A stretch of 64,000 nt of DNA from an uncultured Alphaproteobacteria bacterium (GCA_943787745.1 CALSNJ010000005.1:108455-172454); one strand, 5' to 3'. Numbered from the stretch's first letter, positions 38,460 to 48,827 are shown. Numbers and translations are program-made. The notes: a model not told the origin generated them from the sequence alone.

Positions 38460-39328
38460 TTTCCAGCCTCAACACGTTCAGCGATATATGTCGGGAGCGC
38501 GAAGGCGCCGCGGTGCAGGCTGGGATTGTAGTATTTTGTTGAGAGATTGGTAGCTGTGAAGCGTTCACGAAGTACATCTTCGGATATCCGGCGCAGGGAC
38601 GTGTCATCCGTCCCCCAGCCAAACCCCATGAAACCGCCGGCATAGGTGGGGACGGCAGCAATGTAGCCATGGGCGTCAGCAAAATGCTCGCCAAGCCGGC
38701 TGACCGTGGTTGTCAGCTCTTCGCCCTGGATCATGACAACGCCGCTTTGGGTGGTCATGACCCCACCCTGATTGAGCCGTGCCTTGCAGTCGCTGTAGAA
38801 AGCAGAGGTAAACAAAACCTCGCCGGGTCCCATGGGGTCGGTCGAATCCACGATGATCACGTCGAAGCTGCGATCGGTTTCGGCGACGAAGCGCGCGCCA
38901 TCCGCGATGACGAGGTCTGCGCGAGGGTCCTCGAACGCGCCGTCAGAAATGCTCGGCAGCCACTGCTTGCTGAGTTCGACAACAGAATCGTCGATCTCCA
39001 CCATTGTGACCCGGTCGACCGGATGGCGCAGTGCTTCGCGTAACATCCCGCCATCACCACCGCCGATGATGCAAACTTCGCGTGCCTTGCCATGAGCGAG
39101 CATTGGCACATGGGTCAGCATCTCGTGATAGATGAACTCGTCCCGTTCGCAGACTTGCATGATCCCGTCGAGCGCCATCACGCGGCCCCACTGGGCGGTT
39201 TGATAGATTACGAGATCCTGATGCTCGGTCTGTTCGCGGAACAGGATAGAGTCGACTTCCAGCCCAAGCTGCAAACCAACGCCGAGGGCCTCGTCAAAAA
39301 AGGCCCAGTCAGCGGGCTTGTCACTCAA
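38456..39328 (-). CDS. speE: Polyamine aminopropyltransferase (spermidine synthase)
   Basis: YHEMLTHVPM...IIGGGDGGMLRE...VIIVDSTDPMGP. Inferred TTG start overlapping the speH stop (cTTGAg). The long ATG-less N-extension of the listed ORF would overlap speH. Confidence 0.75.
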   Translation of the reverse strand: MSDKPADWAFFDEALGVGLQLGLEVDSILFREQTEHQDLVIYQTAQWGRVMALDGIMQVCERDEFIYHEMLTHVPMLAHGKAREVCIIGGGDGGMLREALRHPVDRVTMVEIDDSVVELSKQWLPSISDGAFEDPRADLVIADGARFVAETDRSFDVIIVDSTDPMGPGEVLFTSAFYSDCKARLNQGGVMTTQSGVVMIQGEELTTTVSRLGEHFADAHGYIAAVPTYAGGFMGFGWGTDDTSLRRISEDVLRERFTATNLSTKYYNPSLHRGAFALPTYIAERVEAGK

Positions 39329-39738
39329 GCGACGACGCCCCGGCGTGTTTCGTTGAGAGTCACACTGCCTGCGCTGAAAGCGGCCTTCAGGATCGGCAGA
39401 GCGTTGTGTGGATTGCACGATCCGCACATGAAGACATCCAGTGCGGCATAGTCGCGTTCCGGCCAAGTGTGAATCGAAATATGGCTTTCCGAGAGGATCG
39501 CCACACCGGACACACCGCCTGAATCCGAAAACTGGTGCAGGTGCACACTCAGCACGGTTGCACCCGCGGCATCCGCTGCCCGGCGCAAAGTGTCTTCGAT
39601 GTAATCGATGTCTGTAAGTTGCCCGGCGTCCCAGAGATCGACAAGCAGATGGCGGCCAGCAAAGGACACGCCGTTTTCATGAATGAAATAATCGGTAAGG
39701 GCGGTGTTATCTACGACCGCAGAAGCATTGTTTGCCAT
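39325..39738 (-). CDS. speH: S-adenosylmethionine decarboxylase proenzyme (small bacterial SpeH/SpeD type)
   Basis: Start taken at ATG 39738 (MANNASAVV) with AGGAG RBS. HLLVDLW...SESHISIHTWPE contains the autocleavage Ser. Confidence 0.8.
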   Translation of the reverse strand: MANNASAVVDNTALTDYFIHENGVSFAGRHLLVDLWDAGQLTDIDYIEDTLRRAADAAGATVLSVHLHQFSDSGGVSGVAILSESHISIHTWPERDYAALDVFMCGSCNPHNALPILKAAFSAGSVTLNETRRGVVA

Positions 39739-39844
39739 CCCATGGGAACTCCTGAAGGCAGTGATCGGGTCAGCGCTTTTTAAGGATTTTTTGCGGTGGC
39801 GCAACAACCAAATGCACATGTGTCGCAATGGCTCCCGCGATTCT

Positions 39845-39952
39845 GCAGGGGCGGGTTTCAAACCCGTCTGGTTTGGTCGAATGGCGGGCGATCGTATTGG
39901 ACTACACCCGGTCTGGTGCGCACACGGGCAGGTTTGAAACCTGCCCCTACAT
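39845..39952. repeat. Double-hairpin element (family R3), long-spacer copy
   Basis: GCAGGGGCGGGTTTCAAACCCGTCTG ... GGGCAGGTTTGAAACCTGCCCCTACATGG. Confidence 0.6.
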
Positions 39953-40115
39953 GGGGTCGTTCGAATCACCGGGGAGGGGGTGGGGCGGTAACCGGAACCA
40001 TTCCAGTCACCGCCCCTGAGGGGAGGCTTGCTTCCTGGGTAAGGGAGCAATGAATTCTTTCTACGCGGGAATAGCGGGCGCCGATGTGACGTCTGTCACA
40101 GGGGAGACGCTTTTT

Positions 40116-41895
40116 TTAGAAAGCGTCTTCGGCCAATGCCATCACAGAATCCCCACCACGGGTGATTGTCTCGAGATGCATGTTGGCGCGGGGCAGGATG
40201 TGGTCGGCATAGAACCGCGCCGTGATGCGTTTGGAATTGAGAAATTCCGGGCTTGGCGCGCCTTTGGCGCCGCTGGTTGCGGCAATCGCGGCACGTGTCA
40301 TCAGCCAGCCACCCACGACGGTGCCGGCCAGATGCAGAAAGGCGTTGGCGCCAGCGAACTTGCGGTTCACGTCGTTATTGGCCGGGTCGAGCATCCATTC
40401 GGTCGCGCGCCGCAGGGTGTTGTTGGCGTTCATTTGTGCCGCGACGATCTCACCGATTTCCGGATCAACCGAATCCGGAAGATCGTCGAGTTCTTCGAGC
40501 AATTCTTCCATGGCCGCGCCACCGTCGCGCATCAACTTGCGCCCAAGCAGGTCGATCGCCTGAATCCCGTTGGTGCCTTCATAGATGGGGGCAATGCGTG
40601 CGTCCCGGTAGTACTGGGCGGCGCCGGTTTCCTCGACGAAGCCCATGCCGCCATGCATCTGCACGCCGGTTGACGCGATATCGACACCCAGATCGGTGCA
40701 CCACGCCTTCACGATGGGTGTCAGCAAATCCGTACGGCGCGAATTGTAGCCGCGTGTGTTGTCGTCATCGTGATGCCGTGATCTGTCGAGCGCCGAGTTG
40801 GTGTAGTAGGCCAGCGCCCGCATGGCCTCGGTCTGGGCCCGCATGGACATAAGCATCCGGCGCACATCCGGATGCTTGATGATCGTGACGGATTCACCGC
40901 CACCCTCGACCGGGGCCGACTGTACCCGCTCACGGGCATAGGCGACGGCATGCTGGTAGGCGCGTTCGGCCACGGCCACACCCTGCAGGCCGACATTCAG
41001 GCGGGCGTTGTTCATCATGGTGAACATGCAGCGCAGGCCGTCATGCTCCTCGCCGATCAGATAACCGACGGCACCATCGCCATTCTCGCCATAGGACATG
41101 ACGCAGGTCGGGCTCGCATGGATGCCCAGCTTGATGTTCAAGGCCGATGGCGTAGGCGTCGTTGCGCTCGCCAAGAGAACCGTCGTCATTGACCAGGAAT
41201 TTTGGGACGAGGAACAGGCTGATGCCTTTCACCCCGGGAGGCGCATCGGGCAGGCGGGCGAGCACCAGATGGATGATGTTGTCGGTGAAATCCTGCTCGC
41301 CGAAGGTGATGAATATCTTTGTGCCCTTGATGCGATACTGGTCACCTTCGCGCTCGGCGCGGGACTTCAGCAGGCTGAGATCGGTCCCGGCCTGAGGCTC
41401 GGTCAGGTTCATGGTCCCAGTCCACTCACCGGAGACCAGCTTGGCGAGGAACTTGTCTTTTAGTGCGTCCGTGCCGTGGGCGATCACGGATTCGATCGCA
41501 CCGATGGTGAGCAGCGGGCAAAGCGACCAGGAGAGATTGGCCGATTGCCACATTTCCTGCAGTGACGTGGTGATCGTCCAGGGCAGCCCCATGCCGCCGT
41601 GCTCAGGTTCGAACGGCGTGCCGTTCCAGCCGCCCTCGACAAAGCTCGCATAGGCTTCCTTGAACCCGTCGGGCGTTGTCACCACGCCGTCCTTCAAGGT
41701 GGACCCTTGCTGATCCCCGGTCTGGTTCAGCGGCCCCACCACATCACGGGTGAAACGCGCAGATTCGGTGAGAATAGCCTCGACCAGATCTTCGGTGGTT
41801 TCGCTGAAGACCGGCAGTTCCCGCAGACCGTCCATGTCGCAGAGATTCTCCAGAATGAACTGCATGTCCTGCACAGGGGCGTTGTAGTCCGACAT
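40116..41895 (-). pseudogene. Acyl-CoA dehydrogenase (long FadE/AidB-like type) interrupted by a single frameshift near 41133
   Basis: The N-terminal half (ORF 41041..41895) ends ...ERNDAYAIGLEH, then nonsense. The C-terminal half (ORF 40116..41189) resumes with KLGIHASPTCVMSYGENGDG in the adjacent frame. An extra nucleotide in GAACATcAAGCTGGGC explains it. Confidence 0.7.
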
Positions 41896-41925
41896 TTAAC
41901 TCTCCTAATCCGGGATCAGTGATTC

Positions 41926-43359
41926 CTAAAGAACCTTGCCCGGGTTCATCAATCCCTTGGGGTCGAGCATTGCTTTGATGCCTCGCATCATGTCGATTTC
42001 GACCCCGGCCTTGTGGGCGGCCAGTTCTGCGACCTTGATTTTTCCGATCCCATGTTCAGCCGAGAAACTGCCGCGCATGCTGTCCACGACGTCATGGACG
42101 ATGTGGCAGATCTCGTCCCAGCGGGCGAGGAATTCGGCACCGTCTGCACCATTGGGCTGGGTCAGATTGTAGTGCACATTGCCGTCGCCGACATGGCCGA
42201 ACGCGACCGGGCGGATCCCCGGACAGGCCTGGGTGACGGCGGCATTCGCCTGCCGGATGAATTCGGGCACGGAAGAGATCGGCACCGAGACATCGTTCTT
42301 GATGCTCGCACCTTCGGGCTTCTGGGCCAGCACCATGGCTTCGCGAAGGAACCACATCTGTTGTCGTTGAGTTTCCGATTGAGCAATGACCGCGTCGACG
42401 ATCAGGCCGTCCTCGAATGCCGTGCCCAGAAACGTTTCCATGACATCACCAAGATTGGAATTGGCATCGCTGCTTTCAAACTCGATCAGCGCGCACCAGT
42501 CATGGGGGTCGTCGAGGAAATCGATGGCGCCGTCGATGTGACGCACGGAAATCTCGATCGCGATCCGCGGGATCAGCTCAAAACCAGACACCGTGTCTGC
42601 GCTTGCGGCGCGGGCGCGACCAAGAACCTCAAGCACGGAGTCGAGGTCCTTCAGCGCAATGAAAGCCGTATGACGTGAGCGCGGCTTGGGAAACATTTTG
42701 ATGACCGCACCGGTGATGATTCCGAGCGAGCCTTCGGCACCAATGAACAGGTGCTTGAGGTCATAGCCGGTGTTGTTCTTGCGCAGCCCTGTCAGCCCGT
42801 CCCAGATGCGACCATCGGGCAACACCACTTCCAGACCGAGGGTCAGCTCGCGGGTGTTGCCATAGCGCACCACGGCTGTACCGCCGGCGTTGGTCGAAAG
42901 ATTGCCGCCGATCTGGCAGGAGCCTTCAGCCCCCAGGCTGAGCGGGAACAACCGGTCGTGTTCATCGGCAACGTGCTGTAGGTCGGCCAGCACGCAACCC
43001 GCATCCACAGTCATCGTGAAATTCGCCGGGTCGACGGCGCGAACAGTGTTCATGCGTGACAGGCTGACAATGATTTCGCCGCTGGCGACAGCACCGCCGC
43101 AAAGCCCGGTATTGCCGCCCTGGGGCACAATCGCGACGTCGGCGTCGTAACAGGCTGCAAGCACCTGTGAGACCTCTTCGGTGGAGGCGGGTCGGATCAC
43201 GCACGGCGTAATGCCGCGAAACAGCCCGCGCTGCTCGTCGATATAGGGTTCCATGTCGGCGGGGTCGGTGATCATCCCGACCGCACCAACAATCGCTTCC
43301 AGCTGGCTCAGAAAACCATCGGGCAGGGGTGCTGATTCTGTTTGGATAGTTTGGCTCAT
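41926..43359 (-). CDS. FAD-binding oxidoreductase (FAD-linked oxidase; GlcD/D-2-hydroxyacid dehydrogenase-like)
   Basis: VIRPASTEEVSQVLAACYDADVAIVPQGGNTGLCGGAV PCMH FAD-binding domain. Start at MSQTIQ. Confidence 0.75.
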   Translation of the reverse strand: MSQTIQTESAPLPDGFLSQLEAIVGAVGMITDPADMEPYIDEQRGLFRGITPCVIRPASTEEVSQVLAACYDADVAIVPQGGNTGLCGGAVASGEIIVSLSRMNTVRAVDPANFTMTVDAGCVLADLQHVADEHDRLFPLSLGAEGSCQIGGNLSTNAGGTAVVRYGNTRELTLGLEVVLPDGRIWDGLTGLRKNNTGYDLKHLFIGAEGSLGIITGAVIKMFPKPRSRHTAFIALKDLDSVLEVLGRARAASADTVSGFELIPRIAIEISVRHIDGAIDFLDDPHDWCALIEFESSDANSNLGDVMETFLGTAFEDGLIVDAVIAQSETQRQQMWFLREAMVLAQKPEGASIKNDVSVPISSVPEFIRQANAAVTQACPGIRPVAFGHVGDGNVHYNLTQPNGADGAEFLARWDEICHIVHDVVDSMRGSFSAEHGIGKIKVAELAAHKAGVEIDMMRGIKAMLDPKGLMNPGKVL

Positions 43360-43414
43360 GGACAAAGATTTAGACCGGGATCGGTCGTGCGGCAACCGCG
43401 TGGGACGCCGTGTC

Positions 43415-44380
43415 TCACCCGTTATGCGCTTCGGCGGCGCGGCGCAGGCGGTCGTTGATGGCGCGACCAAGTCCGGTTTCCGGGATGGGCATCACCGCAA
43501 TAGCCCGGTGTTCGGGGGAATCGAGGGCCCGCAAGGCTGCAAACAGGTTCGCTGCGGCCTCTGTCAGGTCACCCGACGGGCTGAGGTTTTGGACGCCTTC
43601 GGGGACACCCGAACCGAAGCCGAGAAGCACTTCACCGGCAACGGCGTCGCTGGCGTTCAGGCGAACCGGAATGGATGGCGCATAGTGACGGGCGATCTGT
43701 CCCGGCGAACGTGGGGCTTGGCCGTCGGCAGGACGGGTGGCGTCATCCACGACGCCAAGCACATCCTGCAATTGTTCCAGCGTCACCGCGCCATGGCGCA
43801 GCAGAGCCGGGCGGTCCCCGCAGAGATCAATCACGGTAGACTCAAGTCCGACTGCGCAGGCACCACCATCCAGAATGAGGTCGACATTGGTGCCAAGTGA
43901 TTGCGCCACATGGCTGGCCAATGTGGGGCTGACTTCACCCGCTGTGTTCGCGCTGGGGGCCGCAATCGGCCCGCCAAAGCGGGTCAGCAGGTTCCGGGCG
44001 AGCGGATGGGCCGGCGCGCGCAGGGCGACGGTGTCGAGCCCGGCGCTGACCAGCAGGGACAGCCCGCTGTCGGCGCGCCGCGGCACAACGAAACTCAGCG
44101 GGCCGGGCCAGAACGCGGCGGCCAGTTGCTGCGCGCGGGCATCCATCTCCCCGTATTGGGCGGCGCTGGGCAGGTCGAGGACATGCACGATAAGCGGATT
44201 GAAACTCGGCCTGTTTTTGGCTTCAAAAATGCGCGCCACAGCGCGGTCGTCACGCGCATCGGCCCCAAGTCCGTAGACGGTCTCGGTCGGGAAGGCGACC
44301 AGCCCGCCTGATTTCAGACGTGTTGCGGCGGCGGACAGGTTTTCGTCATTTGCAGGCAGTATGTTGGCGGCTTCCGTCAT
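43415..44380 (-). CDS. L-threonylcarbamoyladenylate synthase (Sua5/YrdC/TsaC family, with C-terminal Sua5 domain)
   Basis: MTEAANILPANDENLSAAATRLKSGGLVAFPTETVYGLGADA. 321 aa. Confidence 0.85.
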   Translation of the reverse strand: MTEAANILPANDENLSAAATRLKSGGLVAFPTETVYGLGADARDDRAVARIFEAKNRPSFNPLIVHVLDLPSAAQYGEMDARAQQLAAAFWPGPLSFVVPRRADSGLSLLVSAGLDTVALRAPAHPLARNLLTRFGGPIAAPSANTAGEVSPTLASHVAQSLGTNVDLILDGGACAVGLESTVIDLCGDRPALLRHGAVTLEQLQDVLGVVDDATRPADGQAPRSPGQIARHYAPSIPVRLNASDAVAGEVLLGFGSGVPEGVQNLSPSGDLTEAAANLFAALRALDSPEHRAIAVMPIPETGLGRAINDRLRRAAEAHNG

Positions 44381-44412
44381 GCGGCCTGTATGCCGTACCT
44401 CGCTTGGCGGGT

Positions 44413-45243
44413 CTACCGCCGCCCGAAGGCGACGAATCCCGGGTTCAGGAATTTTGGCTTCTTGCCGTAATTGAAGGTGCTGCCATCCATCATGGTCAGA
44501 CCGCCGCCTGCGGCCAGCACAATCGCGTGGCCGGCGCCGGTGTCCCATTCGCAGGTGGGACCAAAGCGGGGATAGATATCTGCCACGCCTTCGGCCAGGC
44601 GCCCGAATTTGAGGGCGCTGCCCTGGGGCATCCGGTTGCGGACGGTTTCGTCCTTCAGATAATCCTCAAGCTTCTCGTTGATCGAGTGGGACCGGCTGAC
44701 AAGCACATCCATGCCATCGGCCGGGATTTCGCGGCAGGCAATCGGACGTTCGGGTTTGTCGCCCTCGATCAGGGTGGCGCCACCGTTCAGGGTTCCCGCA
44801 TACATCAGGTTCAGGGCTGGGGCATAGAGCACACCAAAGATCGGCACGTTGTCTTCGACCAGTCCGATATTGACGGTGAACTCGTCGTTGCGCTTGAGGA
44901 ATTCCCGTGTGCCGTCGAGGGGGTCCACCAGCCAGAAACGGTTGCTGACTTCGACCGGGCTTTCGCCGGCGGAATGCTCTTCTTCGGAAACAACAGGGAT
45001 GTCGGGTGTGAGCGCACGCAGCCCGGGCAGGATGACGGCTTCAGCTGCCGTATCTGCCAGGGTGACGGGGGACCCGTCATCTTTACGTTCGCTGTCAAAG
45101 TCAGTGCGATAGACCGCCATGATGGCGTCCCCCGCTGCATAGGCGAGGTCTCGCACCGCTGGTATCAGGGCCGCGGTGTCGATTGGGAGTCTCCCCGGTT
45201 GGGGCAGGTGGCGCCTATTCGGCGGCCAACTGCTGGTTGGCAA
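44413..45243 (-). CDS. cysQ: 3'(2'),5'-bisphosphate nucleotidase CysQ (inositol monophosphatase family)
   Basis: WLVDPLDGTREF and GGATL motifs. The TTG start at 45243 overlaps the upstream XDH gene by 29 nt; an ATG at 45120 is an alternative start. Confidence 0.7.
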   Translation of the reverse strand: MPTSSWPPNRRHLPQPGRLPIDTAALIPAVRDLAYAAGDAIMAVYRTDFDSERKDDGSPVTLADTAAEAVILPGLRALTPDIPVVSEEEHSAGESPVEVSNRFWLVDPLDGTREFLKRNDEFTVNIGLVEDNVPIFGVLYAPALNLMYAGTLNGGATLIEGDKPERPIACREIPADGMDVLVSRSHSINEKLEDYLKDETVRNRMPQGSALKFGRLAEGVADIYPRFGPTCEWDTGAGHAIVLAAGGGLTMMDGSTFNYGKKPKFLNPGFVAFGRR

Positions 45244-47551
45244 GCGCCCAGATCACATCCGGGGTCGCGGGCATGTCGACGTCGTGAATGGCACCACCGT
45301 CCGAAAGGGCGTCAACAATCGCGCTGATTGCCGCCGCCGGTGCGCCGATGGCACCGGCTTCACCGGTTCCCTTGATGCCGAGCGGGTTGGTCGTGCATTT
45401 CTCGTTTCGCATGGAGAAGTCGAAGTTCGGCACATCTGCGGCACGGGGCATGCGGTAGTCGATGAAGGAGCCGGAGACGAGCTGACCTGAGTCCTCGTCA
45501 TAGACCGTGTGCTCATGCAACGCCTGACCGACACCCTGCACAATGCCGCCATGGACCTGACCGGCGATCAGCATCGGGTTGATGGTGTCACCGAAATCAT
45601 CGACCACTGTGTAGCGCATGATCTCGGGGATGCCGGTCTGCGGGTCGATTTCCATTTCGCAGATATGGCAGCCATTCGGGAAAGTCGGCGCATCGGGCTG
45701 ATGGCTTTCTTTGGAGTCGAGACCGGGCTCCATGCCATCAGGCAAATTGGCCGGGTCCTGCGCCGCCTTGGCGACTTCGAACAGGGACAGGGACCGGTCG
45801 GTGCCCGCCACACGGAAGGTGCCATCCGAATATTCAATATCGGCTTCGGCGGTTTCCATCATATGGGCCGAAATCGCCTTGCCCTTTTCCTTGATCGCTT
45901 CCGACGCTTTGGAGACGGCAACGCCACCAACCGTGACCGAGCGTGACCCACCGGTCAGTCCCGGCGGCACGATATCGCTGTCGCCCTGGACCATGGTCAT
46001 CCGGTCTGTGTCGATGCCCAGCCGGTCGGACATGATCTGCTTGTAAGACGTATCGTGACCCTGACCGTTCGACATGGTGCCGATATAGAAGGTGATGGTC
46101 TCGGTCTCCGGATCGATGCGGACATCGGCGACTTCGGGATTGCCGCCGCCACATTTCTCGACATATGTCGCCATGCCGATGCCACGCAGCATGCCGCGTT
46201 TGGCGCTCTCGGTCTTGCGGGCGGCAAAACCGGCCCAGTCGGCCTTCTTCATGCCTTCTTCCATGATGGCGGTGAAGTTGCCGCTGTCATAGGTTTCGCC
46301 AAAGGCCGTCTTATAGGGCAACTGGTCGGGCTGGATGAAGTTGCGGCGGCGCAACTCGTCGGGCGCGAGGCCCAGTTCGCGCGCGCATTTGTCGACCAGC
46401 CGCTCGATGCAGTAGATCGCTTCGGGACGTCCGGCACCGCGATAGGCATCGGTTGGTACGGTGTTGGTCAGGATGCCCTTCACATTGGCCCAGACAGCCG
46501 GGAAGGCATACAGGCCGTTCAGCATCGCCGTGCCGGCTTCGGTCGGGATGAAGGTTCCGAAATGCGAGAGATACGCGCCCAGATTGGCGTAGGTGGTGAC
46601 GCGCAGGGCGAGGAACTTGCCGTTGTCGTCGCAGGCGACCTCTGCCTTGGTGACATGGTCCCGGCCCTGAATGTCGGACATGAAACCCTCGCTGCGATCC
46701 GAGGTCCAGCGCACCGGGCGTTTGACCTTCTTTGCCGCCCAGACGGCCATCGGCTGTTCGGGATGGGTGAAAATCTTCATGCCGAAGCCACCGCCCACAT
46801 CGCCGGTGACGACGCGCAGTTTCTCCTTGTCGATCTTCAGGATGTTGTCGGCAATCGTGTTGCGGATGCCGTGGGTGCCCTGAGACGAGGTGTAGAGGGT
46901 GAGCTTGTCGGTGGCTTCGTCGTAGTCGCCGATGGCCGCGCGGGGTTCCATCGAGTTCACGACGATCCGGTTGTTGATCAGCTCCAGCGTGGTGACGTGG
47001 CTGGCTTTGGCGAAGGCCGCCTCGGTCTCGTCCTGCTGACCCTTGCCCCAGTCGAAGCAGACGTTGTTGGTAACGTCGTCATACAGCTGCGCCGCGCCGT
47101 CCAGTGAAGCGGTATAGGTGTTCGTGGCCGAAGCCAGGACGTTGTAATCCACCTCGACCAGTTCGGCCGCGTCGCGGGCCTGCTCCAGGGTTTCGGCGAC
47201 AATGAAGGCCACCGGCTGGCCGACATGGCGGACCTTTTCCTGGGCCAGCAAAGGACGATAGGTTTCGCCGCGGTCCGTGCCATCGAGATTTTTGACCGGG
47301 AACATGCAGGGCATGGCACCGAGATCATCGGCTTTGACATCATCACCGGTCAGAACCAGCAACACGCCCGGTGCTGCTTTCGCGGCGACAATATCCATGC
47401 CCTTGATCTCGGCATGGGCATGGGGGGAGCGCAGCACAAAGGCGTGGCTCTCATTTTCGAGCTGCACATCATCTGTGTATTTGCCGCTGCCTGTGAGCAG
47501 GCGAAGATCTTCAATACGTGTGACGGACTGACCGATGCCGAACTGGCCCAT
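45215..47551 (-). CDS. Xanthine dehydrogenase family molybdopterin-binding subunit (form-II CoxL-like)
   Basis: 778 aa. N-terminal MGQFGIGQSVTRIEDLRLLTGSGKY and active-site loop AYRGAGR (form II). No adjacent FAD or 2Fe-2S subunit genes. Confidence 0.85.
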   Translation of the reverse strand: MGQFGIGQSVTRIEDLRLLTGSGKYTDDVQLENESHAFVLRSPHAHAEIKGMDIVAAKAAPGVLLVLTGDDVKADDLGAMPCMFPVKNLDGTDRGETYRPLLAQEKVRHVGQPVAFIVAETLEQARDAAELVEVDYNVLASATNTYTASLDGAAQLYDDVTNNVCFDWGKGQQDETEAAFAKASHVTTLELINNRIVVNSMEPRAAIGDYDEATDKLTLYTSSQGTHGIRNTIADNILKIDKEKLRVVTGDVGGGFGMKIFTHPEQPMAVWAAKKVKRPVRWTSDRSEGFMSDIQGRDHVTKAEVACDDNGKFLALRVTTYANLGAYLSHFGTFIPTEAGTAMLNGLYAFPAVWANVKGILTNTVPTDAYRGAGRPEAIYCIERLVDKCARELGLAPDELRRRNFIQPDQLPYKTAFGETYDSGNFTAIMEEGMKKADWAGFAARKTESAKRGMLRGIGMATYVEKCGGGNPEVADVRIDPETETITFYIGTMSNGQGHDTSYKQIMSDRLGIDTDRMTMVQGDSDIVPPGLTGGSRSVTVGGVAVSKASEAIKEKGKAISAHMMETAEADIEYSDGTFRVAGTDRSLSLFEVAKAAQDPANLPDGMEPGLDSKESHQPDAPTFPNGCHICEMEIDPQTGIPEIMRYTVVDDFGDTINPMLIAGQVHGGIVQGVGQALHEHTVYDEDSGQLVSGSFIDYRMPRAADVPNFDFSMRNEKCTTNPLGIKGTGEAGAIGAPAAAISAIVDALSDGGAIHDVDMPATPDVIWALANQQLAAE

Positions 47552-47665
47552 GGGACACCCTCTTCATGGCTTGAATGAAATGGAATTCTGTTAGGGAGAT
47601 GATATGCGACGCGGGTACTGCAAACCAAGCCCCCCGCGACGATTCATCTGGTATGGTTTTCCCCA

Positions 47666-48793
47666 GTGATGAGCGATTCAGACCAAATTGACAGCGAAGT
47701 GACCGAGGAATTCGACGGCGTGCCGGGCCGGTACTGGCACGCGTTGGACGATGGGCGCATTCAGTGCGACCTCTGTCCGCGGTTTTGCAAGCTCAATGAA
47801 GGCCAGCGCGGCCTGTGCTTCGTGCGGGCACGCACCGACGATCAGATCGTGCTCACCACCTATGGCCGATCGAGCGGCTATTGCATCGATCCCATCGAGA
47901 AGAAGCCGCTCAATCACTTCCTGCCGGGCACCCCGGTGCTGAGTTTTGGCACGGCGGGCTGCAACCTGACCTGCAAGTTCTGCCAGAACTGGGACATTTC
48001 GAAATCCCGCGAGTGGGACACGCTCGCCGATCGCGCGATGCCCGAAGCCATTGCGAAAGCCGCCGCCGCCCATGGCTGTCGTTCGGTGGCGTTTACCTAT
48101 AACGATCCGGTGATCTTCCTGGAATATGCCGTCGACGTGGCGGCGGCCTGTCGCGAGGTCGGCTTGCGCACGGTTGCGGTGACGGCGGGCTATATCTGCG
48201 AGGAACCGCGCAAGGAATTCTTCCGCGCGATGGATGCGGCGAATGTGGACCTGAAGGGTTTCACCGAGCGGTTTTATCGTGAGCTCTCATCGGCCACGCT
48301 ATCCAATGTTCTCGACACACTGGTCTTCATTCGCCACGAGACCGATTGCTGGCTGGAGATCACCAATCTCATCATTCCCGGCGAGAACGACGACCCGCGC
48401 GAACTCGCCGCGATGTCCCGCTGGATCGTAGATGAGCTTGGCCCCGATGTGCCGGTGCATTTCTCGGCCTTTCATCCCGACTGGAAGATGATGGACACGC
48501 CGGCCACCCCCCATGAAACTTTGGCGCGGGCGCGGCAGATCGCGCGGGACGCAGGCCTGAATTATGTCTATGTCGGCAATGCACACGATAAGGGGCGTCA
48601 GAGCACCTACTGCCCGAACTGCGCAACGCGCACCATCGGGCGTGACTGGTATGAACTCAGCGAATGGCGGGTGACCCCGGTTGGGAATTCCGGTGCGGCC
48701 TGCCCAAATTGCGGCACACGCATTCCCGGCGTCTTTGATGCAAAACCCGGCACCTGGGGTCGCAAGCGCCAGCCCGTGCGATTGGCGGATTGA
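47666..48793 (+). CDS. AmmeMemoRadiSam-system radical SAM enzyme (PFL-activase-like)
   Basis: CNLTCKFCQNW radical SAM CxxxCxxC, plus a C-terminal extra Cys cluster CPNCATRT...CPNCGT. Overall match to the AmrS-type family. Confidence 0.75.
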   Translation: MMSDSDQIDSEVTEEFDGVPGRYWHALDDGRIQCDLCPRFCKLNEGQRGLCFVRARTDDQIVLTTYGRSSGYCIDPIEKKPLNHFLPGTPVLSFGTAGCNLTCKFCQNWDISKSREWDTLADRAMPEAIAKAAAAHGCRSVAFTYNDPVIFLEYAVDVAAACREVGLRTVAVTAGYICEEPRKEFFRAMDAANVDLKGFTERFYRELSSATLSNVLDTLVFIRHETDCWLEITNLIIPGENDDPRELAAMSRWIVDELGPDVPVHFSAFHPDWKMMDTPATPHETLARARQIARDAGLNYVYVGNAHDKGRQSTYCPNCATRTIGRDWYELSEWRVTPVGNSGAACPNCGTRIPGVFDAKPGTWGRKRQPVRLAD

Positions 48794-48827
48794 AGTGGGT
48801 GGGTTTTAAACCGGCCTTTGTGACGGC

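Noticed and set aside
39739-39845. Possible leader RNA element upstream of speH
   Set aside because: Only a short GC hairpin flanked by A-runs. No match to known polyamine-responsive leader structures could be supported from sequence alone.
40104-40131. Hairpin GAGACGCTTT-TTTTAG-AAAGCGTCTTC as terminator of the acyl-CoA dehydrogenase gene
   Set aside because: It spans the stop codon itself and is not followed by a U-run on the coding (minus) strand, so it is probably coincidental.
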